A stretch of 64,000 nucleotides of DNA, taken from an uncultured Pelagibacteraceae bacterium. Its GTDB lineage: Bacteria > Pseudomonadota > Alphaproteobacteria > Pelagibacterales > Pelagibacteraceae. Each line of letters opens with the position of its first letter. Positions within the stretch are counted from its first letter, which is position 1. The DNA lies in contig CACJMB010000005.1 in the NCBI GenBank assembly GCA_902594405.1, forward strand, positions 11,657 through 75,656, written 5' to 3'. A program made the position numbers and the translations under genes. The notes under the pieces are model-generated. The model made no database searches and had not been told where the DNA came from. It saw nothing but the letters and a program-made list of their open reading frames with translations. Shown in pieces: positions 1-9,126 of the stretch.

Positions 1-2
1 TT

Positions 3-2087
3 ACATTATTAGATATTCCACTTTTAAATAATTCAGAAGCTCCCCTTCAAGAAAGACTAGAAAGTTTCAAAACGTTAAAAGATGAAGATGTTGATAGAGA
101 GCGAGGTTTTAAAGAAATTTTAAATAGTCCTGTTTTTCGAAATTTTGTCATCAGCGAAGATGGTAAAACTAGTGGAATTATTGTTAACATTAAACAGTCT
201 CAAAAATTAGAAGATATAGAAAATAAATCAAAAGAAGAAGTTGAGCTAATTAAAGATCAAATCAAAAAACAAAACCACCAGAATATTTTAGAAATAAGAC
301 AAGTTATTCAAAGTTATGGTGATGTTGGAAAGATTTATCTTGGAGGAATACCAATGATTGCTGATGATATGATGACTTTTATCAAAAGTGATATAATTGT
401 TTTTGGCTTAGGAGTTCTATTATTTATAATTGCTACTTTATGGTTTGTTTTTAGAAATCTTCTTTGGATTGTGGTTCCTATAAGCAGTTGTCTTTTTTCT
501 GTGATAATAATGATGGGATTGCTTGGATTGCTAGGATGGAAAGTTACAGTCATTTCATCAAATTTCATTGCACTTATGTTGATTTTAACAATGGCAATGA
601 ATATTCATATGAGTACTAGGTTTCTTCAACTTAAAAAAGATTTTCCATCAAAAAATAATTTTGAAATTATTTCCTTAACAACTTCAAAAATGTTTTGGCC
701 AATTCTTTATACCGTTCTAACAACAATATTTGCATTCTTATCTTTAATTTTTAGTGAAATAAAACCTATTATTGATTTTGGTTGGATGATGACTTTTGGT
801 TTGATTACATCATTTATCATTACATTTACTTTACTGCCTACCCTTTTAAACTTTGCACCCACAAATAATATTTCAGTGAAGAAAGAACAAAAATCTAAAA
901 TTACAAATTTACTTAGTTTAATTTCTATAAATAATAAAAATTCTATATTCTTAGTAACTGGAATAGTTATAATATTCAGTATTACTGGAATAAGTAAGCT
1001 TGAAGTTGAAAATAGCTTTATAAATTACTTTGATAAGAATACTGAAATTTACAAGGGTATGAAGCTTATTGATGAGGAACTAGGTGGAACCACTCCTTTA
1101 GAGGTTATTTTAAAATTTCCTGAGAAAGAAAAGGTGAAAAAATCTGAAGAAGATGATGAGTTTGAGGATTGGGGTGATGAAGAAGATGCTAATGATGAAA
1201 AATACTGGTTTACCAAAGATAAAATTGATCTAATTACATCTGTTCATAATTACTTAGATAGCTTACCTGAAATTGGCAAAGTTCTATCTTTTTCATCTAT
1301 TATTGAGGTTGCTACTCAATTAAATAATAATAAGCCTTTAGGCACTTTAGAAATGGGAGTGCTTTACTCTAAAATTCCAGAGAGCATTAAAACTGAAATC
1401 ATTGATCCCTATCTTTCAATTAAAGAAAATGAGGCTCGAATTAGTTTAAGAATTATAGACTCGCAGGAAAATTTAAGAAGAAATGACCTAATTAACAAAA
1501 TTAATTTTGATCTTAAAGATAAATTTGGTTTAGAGGATAAGGATTATAAATTAGCAGGTGTATTAATATTGTTTAATAATTTATTGCAAAGTCTGTTTAA
1601 ATCTCAAATTTTAACATTGGGATTGGTTATGATTGGAATATTTTCAATGTTCATAATCTTATTTAGAAATATTAAACTTTCATTGATTGGTGTTGTTCCA
1701 AATTTTATTGCTGCTTTTTTTATACTAGGAATAATTGGATTGTTGGGAATACCTTTAGATATGATGACTATAACTATTGCAGCAATCACAATAGGAATTG
1801 CTGTAGATAACAGCATTCATTATATTTACAGATTTAAAGAAGAATTTAATAAAATAAAGGATTATAACAAAACATTAAAAACATGTCATTCAACTGTTGG
1901 GGTTGCTATACTAAACACTTCAATTACGATTGTTTTTGGATTTTCAATTTTGGTGTTATCAAAGTTTATCCCAACAATTTATTTTGGTGTGTTTACTGGG
2001 CTAGCAATGTTATTAGCTATGATATCGGTATTAACACTACTTCCTGCATTAATTTTAATTATTAAACCTTTTGGCAAATCATCTTAA
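3..2087 (+). CDS. MMPL/RND-family membrane transporter (5'-truncated by window edge)
   Basis: The frame of ORF 354..2087 stays open back to position 3. Two multi-TM blocks are separated by a soluble loop, with a GIAVDNSIH motif in the second block. Confidence 0.85.
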   Translation, partial: TLLDIPLLNNSEAPLQERLESFKTLKDEDVDRERGFKEILNSPVFRNFVISEDGKTSGIIVNIKQSQKLEDIENKSKEEVELIKDQIKKQNHQNILEIRQVIQSYGDVGKIYLGGIPMIADDMMTFIKSDIIVFGLGVLLFIIATLWFVFRNLLWIVVPISSCLFSVIIMMGLLGLLGWKVTVISSNFIALMLILTMAMNIHMSTRFLQLKKDFPSKNNFEIISLTTSKMFWPILYTVLTTIFAFLSLIFSEIKPIIDFGWMMTFGLITSFIITFTLLPTLLNFAPTNNISVKKEQKSKITNLLSLISINNKNSIFLVTGIVIIFSITGISKLEVENSFINYFDKNTEIYKGMKLIDEELGGTTPLEVILKFPEKEKVKKSEEDDEFEDWGDEEDANDEKYWFTKDKIDLITSVHNYLDSLPEIGKVLSFSSIIEVATQLNNNKPLGTLEMGVLYSKIPESIKTEIIDPYLSIKENEARISLRIIDSQENLRRNDLINKINFDLKDKFGLEDKDYKLAGVLILFNNLLQSLFKSQILTLGLVMIGIFSMFIILFRNIKLSLIGVVPNFIAAFFILGIIGLLGIPLDMMTITIAAITIGIAVDNSIHYIYRFKEEFNKIKDYNKTLKTCHSTVGVAILNTSITIVFGFSILVLSKFIPTIYFGVFTGLAMLLAMISVLTLLPALILIIKPFGKSS

Positions 2088-2632
2088 TGTTGGAAATCAT
2101 ACAAGATTTTTATAAAGCAATATCAATAATTGATTTAATTTATTTAATTTTAACAATCCTTTCTTTAATAAATTGTTACAAAAAGGGCTTCATTTTAAGT
2201 ATTCTCTCAATGGCTAAATGGTTGCTGGCTTACATAATTACATTAATTCTATTTCCAAAAATTAAACCTTATGTAAAAGATATAATTGATAATGAGTATG
2301 TACTCGATGTTAGTTTAGGAATACTAATATTTGTAGTTGTTATATTTTTGGTTTTATTAGTTAATAAAGGAATCAGCAAAGCAGTCAGATATACGGGAAT
2401 CGGTGGCTTAGATACGACATTTGGATTCTTTTTTGGTTTTATAAGAGCTTACATTATTTCTGTTTGTATCTTTTCAGGTGTTCATATCGTTTATAATTAT
2501 GATAAATGGCCAATAAATTTTGACAAATCATACGTCTTTCCATATTTAGAAAAAGGTAGTAGTTATCTGATAAAAGAATTTCCTAATGAAAAAACATATC
2601 AAGATTCTAAAGAAAAAATTACAGAGCTATAA
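2087..2632 (+). CDS. cvpA: Colicin V production protein CvpA family
   Basis: Hydrophobic 181 aa protein with GLDTTFGFFFGFIRA (the LDRxLGxxFG-like motif), directly upstream of purF. Confidence 0.85.
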   Translation: MLEIIQDFYKAISIIDLIYLILTILSLINCYKKGFILSILSMAKWLLAYIITLILFPKIKPYVKDIIDNEYVLDVSLGILIFVVVIFLVLLVNKGISKAVRYTGIGGLDTTFGFFFGFIRAYIISVCIFSGVHIVYNYDKWPINFDKSYVFPYLEKGSSYLIKEFPNEKTYQDSKEKITEL

Positions 2633-4067
2633 TCCAAGACTTAAGGAAGAATGTGGAGTTTTTGGTATTAGCAATGCAAAAGATGCTTCAGCTCTAACAG
2701 CACTTGGACTACACGCTCTACAACACAGAGGTCAAGAAGGTTGTGGAATAGTTACTTTTGATGGGGAAAAATATTATTCTGAAAAAAGATTTGGTTTGGT
2801 TGGTGACAATTTCAACAAAGAAAAAGTGCTTAATAATCTTAAGGGAAATTATGCAATTGGTCATAACAGATACAGTACGACTGGAAACAATATATTAAGA
2901 AACATCCAGCCTTTTTTTGCTGACACCAATGCCGGTGGAATTGGAGTTGCACACAATGGAAATCTTACTAATTCAATAGCTTTAAGAAATAAACTAGTTG
3001 AAGATGGAGCTATATTTTACACTACCTCAGATACTGAAACGATTGTTCAATTAATTGCTAAATCAAAGAGACCAAAGACAATTGATAAAGTAATTGATGC
3101 AATTTTTCAAATTCAAGGTGGCTATGCATTAGTAATGTTAACTCAAAACTCTTTAATTGGAGTTAGAGATCCTTATGGAATTAGACCATTAGTAATTGGT
3201 AAGCTTGGCAATAGTTATGTCTTAGCATCTGAAACCTGTGCATTTGACATTATTGGTGCTAAATTTGTTAGAGAAGTTGAAAATGGTGAGATAGTTTTAA
3301 TTGAAAATAATGAGCTGAAAAGCATTAAACCCTTCCCCGCTAAAAAAGTTAGACCTTGTGTATTTGAGTATATTTATTTTTCAAGACCAGACAGTTTAAT
3401 AGGTGGAAAAACAGCTTATGAGCATAGAAAAAATATTGGTAGAGAGCTAGCAAAAGAAAATGATACTGATGCTGATATAGTTGTTCCAGTCCCAGACTCT
3501 GGAAATGCTGCTGCTATGGGTTTTGCTCAAGAATTAAAAATGAATTTTGAACATGGATTAATTAGAAATCATTATGTTGGAAGAACTTTCATAGAGCCAA
3601 GCCAAAAAATTAGGAGCTTGGGTGTCAAATTAAAATTAAATGCCAATCAAACAACAATAAAAAATAAAAAAATAATTCTAATTGATGACTCTCTTGTTCG
3701 AGGAACAACGTCATACAAAATTGTTAAAATGCTTTATGATGCTGGTGCAAAAGAGGTTCATGTTAAAATTGCATGCCCTGAAATAAGATATCCAGATTTT
3801 TATGGCGTAGACACACCTACTAAAAAAGAATTGCTAGCAGCAAATAAAACAAATGATGAAATTTGTGAATATATTGGAGCTAAATCTTTGAGATTTTTAT
3901 CAATAGAGGGATTGTATAAAGCTATTGGTTTTGAAAAAAGAAACGAAACATATCCACAATTAACAGATCATTATTTCACAGGTGAATATCCTGTTAAATT
4001 AGTAGATGAATTAGGCGATAATAAAATAACTCAATTATCTTTACTAAGTACTGGATCAAATAATTAA
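2586..4067 (+). CDS. purF: Amidophosphoribosyltransferase
   Basis: EECGVFG (mature N-terminal Cys), QHRGQE, GHNRYST and the PRPP-binding LIDDSLVRGTT motif. Confidence 0.97.
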   Translation: MKKHIKILKKKLQSYNPRLKEECGVFGISNAKDASALTALGLHALQHRGQEGCGIVTFDGEKYYSEKRFGLVGDNFNKEKVLNNLKGNYAIGHNRYSTTGNNILRNIQPFFADTNAGGIGVAHNGNLTNSIALRNKLVEDGAIFYTTSDTETIVQLIAKSKRPKTIDKVIDAIFQIQGGYALVMLTQNSLIGVRDPYGIRPLVIGKLGNSYVLASETCAFDIIGAKFVREVENGEIVLIENNELKSIKPFPAKKVRPCVFEYIYFSRPDSLIGGKTAYEHRKNIGRELAKENDTDADIVVPVPDSGNAAAMGFAQELKMNFEHGLIRNHYVGRTFIEPSQKIRSLGVKLKLNANQTTIKNKKIILIDDSLVRGTTSYKIVKMLYDAGAKEVHVKIACPEIRYPDFYGVDTPTKKELLAANKTNDEICEYIGAKSLRFLSIEGLYKAIGFEKRNETYPQLTDHYFTGEYPVKLVDELGDNKITQLSLLSTGSNN

Positions 4068-4070
4068 GTT

Positions 4071-4628
4071 ATGAAAACAGTTAATTTTACTGAAATGAAA
4101 AATGGAACTAAGGAAGATTATGAGCTTCTTGAAAAATTTGAAAAAAACTTTGAAAGACAAACAGCTGAGAGAGTTTTAAATTATTTATCTAAACAAACTA
4201 CTACTTTAGAAGGTTACAAAATCACTAGACTAGAACACTCCTTACAAGCTGCAACAAGAGCTTTTAAAAATAAAGAAAGTGATGAAATGGTTGTTGCAAC
4301 TTTATTACATGATATTGGAGATGATTTGGCACCAATGAATCATTCTCAATATGCTGCATCTATACTAAGACCTTATGTTTCAGAAAGAACTTATTGGATT
4401 GTTTTACACCATGGTCTTTTTCAAACTTACTACAGCGCTCACCATTTAGGTGGTGACAGAAATGCAAGAGATAAATTTAAAGACCACAAGTATTATCAAG
4501 ACACGATAGATTTTTGTGAAAAATATGACCAATGCTCTTTTGACCCTGATTATAAAAGTATGACTTTGGATGATTTTAAGCCATTAGTTAAAAAAATATT
4601 CGCAAAAGAGCCTTATTATTATCTTTAA
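4071..4628 (+). CDS. HD-domain metalloprotein (PhnZ/TmpB-like di-iron subfamily)
   Basis: RLEHSLQAA, LLHDIGD, NHSQ, LHHG and YDQ metal-ligand pattern. Confidence 0.75.
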   Translation: MKTVNFTEMKNGTKEDYELLEKFEKNFERQTAERVLNYLSKQTTTLEGYKITRLEHSLQAATRAFKNKESDEMVVATLLHDIGDDLAPMNHSQYAASILRPYVSERTYWIVLHHGLFQTYYSAHHLGGDRNARDKFKDHKYYQDTIDFCEKYDQCSFDPDYKSMTLDDFKPLVKKIFAKEPYYYL

Positions 4629-4657
4629 ATTTAGGTATAAATCACTACTTACAGCGC

Positions 4658-5953
4658 ATGATTGATTCAAAAGAGAAAATTATAAATTATTTTAAATCAG
4701 GTATTAAGGAACCCAAAAATTTCAAAATTGGGATCGAGCATGAAAAGTTTTTATTTAATAATTCGGACAATAAAAGAATTGATTATTCAAAAATAAAAGA
4801 AATGTTTACAGCACTGCTTGAATTTGGCTGGAATCCAGTTTTTGAAAAAGAAAATATCATTGCTCTTAATAAAGGTGGAAAAAATATAACTCTTGAACCA
4901 GGTAATCAAATAGAATTATCAGGAGATAAATTAAATCATATGCACGAAGCTTGTGCAGAATCACAAGACTATTTGTTTGAATTAAAACAAGTTACAAAAA
5001 AACTAGATATAAAAATAGTCAGCGCAGGTTTCGATCCTATATCTAAATTAAATGAAATCCCAAACAATCCTAAACAAAGATATGAATTGATGACTAAGGA
5101 TATGCCTCTAGGTGGTGAACTTAGTTTGGATATGATGTATCGAACATGTGGCACTCAGTTAAATATAGATTATAGCTCAGAAGAAGATTTTATTAAAAAG
5201 TTTAGAGTAGCAAACTCAATAGTGCCTATTGCAATCGCTTTATTTGCGAATTCCTCAATTGTAGAGAAAAAAAATAGCAACTATTTATCTTATAGATCTA
5301 AAGTATGGCAAAGCACTTCTAGAGGTGGATTGCCTAAATTATTTTTCGAAAAAATGAATTTTGAAAAATATGCAGATTTTGTAATTAATTTTCCTATATT
5401 ATTTATACAACATAAAGATCAGTATATCTCAGGTAGGAAATATATTTTTAAGGATTTTATGGAAGGAAAAATTCAAGAAATTGCAAATAGACTTCCAACT
5501 GAAGCAGACTTAACAACTCACTTAAGTACAATATTTACTGAAAACAGAGTTAAGAAATATATTGAATTGAGATCAATGGATACCTGTGGTTGGGATTGTT
5601 TATGTGCAGGACCAGCTTTCAATATAGGCATGCTTTATGGGAATTTAGATGAAGTTCATGAACTAATTTCAACATGGGACAACGATAAAATAATTAATGC
5701 CTATTTAGAGGCACCAAAAAAAGGATTTAATACTCAATTAATGGGTAAAGATCTTCTTTATTGGTCATCTACACTTTTAGACCTTTCAAGAAAAGGTTTA
5801 GAGAATAGAGATGTTTTAAGTAAAAAAGGTAATAACGAGACTGTATTCCTAAACCATCTACAAAAAGTAATTGATAATAAGACAACAAACGCAGATCATA
5901 TGATTAGTAAATTTTCAAAAAACGAAAATTTAGACGAATTGTATGATAAATAA
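4658..5953 (+). CDS. gshA: Glutamate--cysteine ligase (alphaproteobacterial/plant type)
   Basis: IGIEHEKF, TLEPGNQIELSG, MMYRTCGTQLNID and YIELRSMD motifs; adjacent to gshB. Confidence 0.93.
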   Translation: MIDSKEKIINYFKSGIKEPKNFKIGIEHEKFLFNNSDNKRIDYSKIKEMFTALLEFGWNPVFEKENIIALNKGGKNITLEPGNQIELSGDKLNHMHEACAESQDYLFELKQVTKKLDIKIVSAGFDPISKLNEIPNNPKQRYELMTKDMPLGGELSLDMMYRTCGTQLNIDYSSEEDFIKKFRVANSIVPIAIALFANSSIVEKKNSNYLSYRSKVWQSTSRGGLPKLFFEKMNFEKYADFVINFPILFIQHKDQYISGRKYIFKDFMEGKIQEIANRLPTEADLTTHLSTIFTENRVKKYIELRSMDTCGWDCLCAGPAFNIGMLYGNLDEVHELISTWDNDKIINAYLEAPKKGFNTQLMGKDLLYWSSTLLDLSRKGLENRDVLSKKGNNETVFLNHLQKVIDNKTTNADHMISKFSKNENLDELYDK

Positions 5954-6869
5954 AATTGTTGCTGTTCAAGGAAACCATCCTTCTAAACTAAATCCTTTAA
6001 CGGATACAAGTGTTTTTTTAGCAAACGAAATTCAGAACAAAAAATATAAAATTTTCTATTACGATCCAAAAGACTTATCGGTAGTTAATTCGAAAGTTAT
6101 AGCTAAAGGTTTTTTTATTAAATTTAACTATAGCAATAAAAAATTTTATAAAATCATAAAAAAACAAAATCTAGACTTAACAAAATGTAAATTTATTCTT
6201 ATCCGCCAAGATCCACCCTTTAATCTTGAGTATATTTCAACAACATACATTTTAGATACAATTAAGACTAAAGTTAAAATAATTAACAACCCTACCTCTG
6301 TAAGGAATATTTCTGAAAAATTGTATTCATCTAAATATCAAAAATACATGCCAGCTACTATTTTTACTCAAAATTTGCATGAAATAAAAAAATTTTTCAA
6401 AAAGAACAAAAAAGTCATTTTAAAACCCATCCATAGTTTCAGTGGAAATGATATTCATTTACTAACTAAATTTAATTCAAAATTAGTTAATAAATTTATA
6501 AAAAAACATGATCATATTATGTGCCAAAAATTTCTTACTAAAATAAGTAAAGGAGACAAAAGGGTTTTTATTATTAATGGGAGAGTATGTGGTGCCATTT
6601 CAAGAGTTCCAAAGAAAGGTTCAATTTTAAGTAATATGAGTAAAGGAGCAAAACCAACTAATATAAAATTAACAAGTAAAGAAATTAAAATTTCAAAATT
6701 AATTGCAAAAGATTTAAAAAAAGAAAATATTTTTTTTGCAGGAATTGATTTTATCGATCAAAAACTCAATGGAGATATTAATGTTACCTCTCCAACTGGA
6801 CTTAAAACACTTTATGATCTATCAGGAAAAAATTTAGCTAAAACTTTTTGGAAAGAGCTTAAAGCGTGA
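5943..6869 (+). CDS. gshB: Glutathione synthetase
   Basis: RQDPPFNLEY, GDKRVFIING and INVTSPTG ATP-grasp motifs. Confidence 0.95.
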   Translation: MINKIVAVQGNHPSKLNPLTDTSVFLANEIQNKKYKIFYYDPKDLSVVNSKVIAKGFFIKFNYSNKKFYKIIKKQNLDLTKCKFILIRQDPPFNLEYISTTYILDTIKTKVKIINNPTSVRNISEKLYSSKYQKYMPATIFTQNLHEIKKFFKKNKKVILKPIHSFSGNDIHLLTKFNSKLVNKFIKKHDHIMCQKFLTKISKGDKRVFIINGRVCGAISRVPKKGSILSNMSKGAKPTNIKLTSKEIKISKLIAKDLKKENIFFAGIDFIDQKLNGDINVTSPTGLKTLYDLSGKNLAKTFWKELKA

Positions 6870-7741
6870 ACAATTTAACCAATCAGCAAAAAGGTTCATT
6901 GATGGCTTTTATAGGAGTTATGTTTATCACTCCTGACTCTTTGCTAATTAGATTGTCAAATATTGATACTTGGGGGATGCTTTTTTACCGAGGAGCAATA
7001 CCATTTGTGGTGGTTTTAATTGGTCTTCTTTTATTTTATAAAAATAATTTCTTAAAAGCTTTGTTTAAAATTGGTTACCCAGGGATTTTTTATGTAATTA
7101 GTTTTTCTATTTGTAATATTACTTTTATTATTTCAATTCAAAATACTAATGTAGCAAACACTTTATTGATGGTAGCTCTTGCACCAATGCTCTCAGCAAT
7201 ATTAGGGGCTATTTTCTTAAAAGAAAAACCAGATAATAAAACTTGGGTCGCTATAATAATTACCTTCATTGCTTGTGTTTATATTTTTTACGACTCTTTA
7301 AGTCTTGGCAATTTTTATGGAGATATGTTTGGTTTAATAACTTCTTTTGGATTAGCTTGTAATGCTAACATTGCGAGATACGCTAAAACTATTGATTTAG
7401 TACCTGCTGCTGTAATTGGAAAATCGTGCGTTGCTATATTTGCCTTTTTCTTTGTTAAAGACTTTGCATTAGTGGGAAACGATCTTTTTTATATACCTTT
7501 AATGTGTGTAATGTGTGTAGCCATACCATTTGTTTTAGTCACCATAGCACCAAGATTTATAACTGCAGCTGAAGTTAATCTATTTTTCCTATTAGAAACT
7601 ATCCTTGGACCGATATGGGTTTGGATGGTTATTAAAGAACAGCCCTCTAACGAGACTATCTATGGAGGTGTCGTTATCATTATTACGATAGCAATTCATT
7701 CTTTACTGGCCATAAAAAAAACACAAACCAAAACTACGTAG
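6866..7741 (+). CDS. DMT/EamA-family transporter
   Basis: About 10 TM helices in two EamA halves; LETILGPIWVW motif. Confidence 0.85.
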   Translation: MNNLTNQQKGSLMAFIGVMFITPDSLLIRLSNIDTWGMLFYRGAIPFVVVLIGLLLFYKNNFLKALFKIGYPGIFYVISFSICNITFIISIQNTNVANTLLMVALAPMLSAILGAIFLKEKPDNKTWVAIIITFIACVYIFYDSLSLGNFYGDMFGLITSFGLACNANIARYAKTIDLVPAAVIGKSCVAIFAFFFVKDFALVGNDLFYIPLMCVMCVAIPFVLVTIAPRFITAAEVNLFFLLETILGPIWVWMVIKEQPSNETIYGGVVIIITIAIHSLLAIKKTQTKTT

Positions 7742-7769
7742 CCAGAAATATTAAACTTAAAAACTAAAT

Positions 7770-9077
7770 ATGCAAAAAGAAGTAAAAAAATCCTGGGCTC
7801 TATTTATAGGGATAGGGGTAATGATGATTGCTCATGGATTGCAAATGCAAATTATGGGTATTCGATCAGTGCTTGAAGATTTTAGTGTTTTTACAACTGG
7901 TATCTTTATGTCTGGATATTATGTTGGTTACTTTGTAGGCTCGAGAACTACTCCTAATTTTGTTTCAAAAGTTGGTCATATAAGAGTTTTTGCTGCATTC
8001 GCTTCGCTTGCATCTTTAAGTGCTTTAATCGCTGTTGTTTATGTAAATCCATTTATGTGGACAATTAGTAGGTTCATAACAGGTATAAGTTTAGTTAGTT
8101 GTTATGTGGTTACTGAAAGCTGGTTGAATGATAGAGCAACCAATAAAAATAGAGGACAATTATTGTCTGCTTATATGATGGTTATATATTTTGGATTAGC
8201 TATAGGTATGTTGCTACTTAATATTAGTAAACCAGATGATTACGAACCATTTATTTTGGTTTCTATTTTGCTATCTGTTGCTCTTGTTCCTATTTTATTA
8301 ACTAAAAGACCTGCACCTAAATTTAAAAAAATAGAGACAATAAGTATTAGAGAATTATATAAAATTTCACCACTAGGTTCATTGAGTTCATTCTTTACTG
8401 GTATTATTCATGCAGCATTCTTTTCTTTAATATCTGTTTATGCAACACTTGCAAAATTTACTTTAGTTGAAACATCGATACTTTTATTTATCGCAACAAT
8501 TGCTGGTGTGATTGGTCAAGGGCCAATAGGTTATTTTTCAGATACATTTGATAGAAGAAAAGTCATCGTAATTACAACATTTGGAAGTTCTTTTTTAGCA
8601 TTAATTTCAATTCTAACTTCAAATGATCCAATCCAAAATATTTATTACATGGATGAATTTTCTTTTAGAAAAATTATTTTTTTTATTGCTGTAGGATTGT
8701 ATTCAAGTTTATGTCTTCCTTTATTTTCACTTAACCTTGCTCACACAAATGACTTTGTTCCTAAATCAAAATTCGTAGCGGCTGGAGGTGGTTTGCAATT
8801 TATCTTTGGTGTAGGCGCAATTAGTGGTCCTATTTTATGTTCTGTATTTATGGAATGGTTTGGATTAAATGGTTTTTTTATTTTTTTAATTATTGCGCAT
8901 GCGATAATTGGTGGATTTGGCCTATATAGAATGAAAGTAAGAGATACTGTTGAAAACCCAGACTCAACCTTTACACCTATTCCAGCAACAATTACACCTG
9001 CTGGATTACAATTAGATCCTGACACTCCAGAAACTTTAGAAAATAATTTAAAAAAAGAATTTAAATCAACAAATTAG
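7770..9077 (+). CDS. MFS transporter (YcaD-like)
   Basis: About 12 TM; GHIRVFAAF, VTESWLND and SDTFDRRKVI motifs. Confidence 0.85.
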   Translation: MQKEVKKSWALFIGIGVMMIAHGLQMQIMGIRSVLEDFSVFTTGIFMSGYYVGYFVGSRTTPNFVSKVGHIRVFAAFASLASLSALIAVVYVNPFMWTISRFITGISLVSCYVVTESWLNDRATNKNRGQLLSAYMMVIYFGLAIGMLLLNISKPDDYEPFILVSILLSVALVPILLTKRPAPKFKKIETISIRELYKISPLGSLSSFFTGIIHAAFFSLISVYATLAKFTLVETSILLFIATIAGVIGQGPIGYFSDTFDRRKVIVITTFGSSFLALISILTSNDPIQNIYYMDEFSFRKIIFFIAVGLYSSLCLPLFSLNLAHTNDFVPKSKFVAAGGGLQFIFGVGAISGPILCSVFMEWFGLNGFFIFLIIAHAIIGGFGLYRMKVRDTVENPDSTFTPIPATITPAGLQLDPDTPETLENNLKKEFKSTN

Positions 9078-9126
9078 TCTTTTATTTATAGTAATAATTG
9101 AAAATTCATGCAAAAAATAGTTTTCA

